From a virus, in IMG/VR virus record IMGVR_UViG_3300045988_000096, positions 1 to 5,756 of that record: a stretch of 5,756 nt of DNA; one strand, 5' to 3'. The notes below the pieces were generated by a model. The model searched no databases and had not been told where the DNA came from. It was given only the letters and a program-made list of their open reading frames with translations. Positions within the stretch are counted from its first letter, which is position 1; each line of letters opens with the position of its first letter. Shown one piece after another: positions 5,638 through 5,756 of the stretch. A program made the translations under genes and the position numbers.

Positions 5638-5756
5638 CCTCCTTTCTTTCCATATTTGTGTGCAAATAGAAGGTTTCTGACAGTGGAGGCAGAGCATTCC
5701 TCCTTTACATTTCGCTGCCAGTCCCCTCATGTCAATTTTACCAAAAAAAAAAAAAC
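5638..5756. repeat. Direct terminal repeat, copy 2 (identical to 1..119)
   Basis: See copy 1. It contains the SD of the 34-aa ORF, candidate promoter P3 and the A13 tract. Confidence 0.95.
5685..5735 (-). promoter_or_regulatory. Candidate promoter P3 for the structural gene block (weak -10), with downstream palindrome; a second copy lies at 48..98
   Basis: Minus strand reads TTGACA (comp 5735..5730), a 17-nt spacer, then AAATGT (comp 5712..5707; only the A2 and T6 consensus positions match). Three nt later comes GGAGG-N9-CCTCC (5685..5703). This geometry matches P1 and P2. The T13 and AAAA just upstream of the -35 could act as an UP-like A/T tract. It is the only TTGACA between the terminator and the first structural-block ORF. 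Confidence 0.35.

Noticed and set aside
19-5669. All plus-strand ORFs in the track: 19..303, 313..522, 1674..2021, 2168..2503, 2756..2944, 2763..3035, 3113..3700, 3642..3905, 4059..4241, 4594..5151 and 5391..5669. Several look hydrophobic or membrane-like.
   Set aside because: Each lies antisense to a well-supported minus-strand gene or regulatory region. None has an SD at proper spacing, several use non-ATG starts, and their Cys/Leu/Phe/Val-rich composition is typical of antisense shadow frames. Known Microviridae encode all genes on one strand.
5596-5697. A 33-aa Cys/His-rich ORF (MLCLHCQKPSICTQIWKERRCCHDYCERHPRDF) starting at the ATG inside AAAGGAGGAATG in the P3 leader and overlapping the 34-aa ORF.
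   Set aside because: The GGAGG sits only 1 nt from the ATG, too close for SD-directed initiation. It would need a leaderless transcript starting about 10 nt after a weak -10. It also overlaps a better-supported ORF in another frame. It is kept only as a remote possibility if the transcription start maps onto this ATG.

Overview
The window is one complete circular ssDNA phage genome of the family Microviridae, with a gokushovirus-like gene set and order. It was assembled with a 119-nt terminal overlap: 1..119 is identical to 5638..5756, so the unit length is 5,637 nt. All credible genes lie on the minus strand, so the window is the reverse complement of the coding (virion-sense) strand. Minus-strand order from high to low coordinates: weak promoter candidate P3; 34-aa ORF; 39-aa basic J/VP8-like DNA-binding peptide; 87-aa VP5-like protein; VP3 internal scaffold; VP1 major capsid; VP2 pilot/minor capsid; promoter P2; 58-aa ribbon-helix-helix (RHH) protein; 16-bp perfect hairpin; VP4 HUH replication initiator; GC-rich hairpin cluster; consensus promoter P1; 52-aa acidic ORF; intrinsic terminator. 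Four small ORFs (34, 39, 52 and 58 aa) are below the ORF-track cutoff and were found by hand translation. Each has a strong AGGAGG-type Shine-Dalgarno. The most unusual content is regulatory. A CopG/Arc-like RHH gene sits directly upstream of the rolling-circle Rep. Two collinear, evidently paralogous promoter-operator-SD cassettes (P1, P2) share a GTGT-N9-ACAC palindrome at the transcription start region. A moron-like promoter-gene-terminator unit is also present. Strong SD sites and TTGACA/TATAAT promoters suggest a Firmicutes- or Proteobacteria-type host rather than Bacteroidetes (inference). All homology statements rest on remembered family motifs, not on searches.
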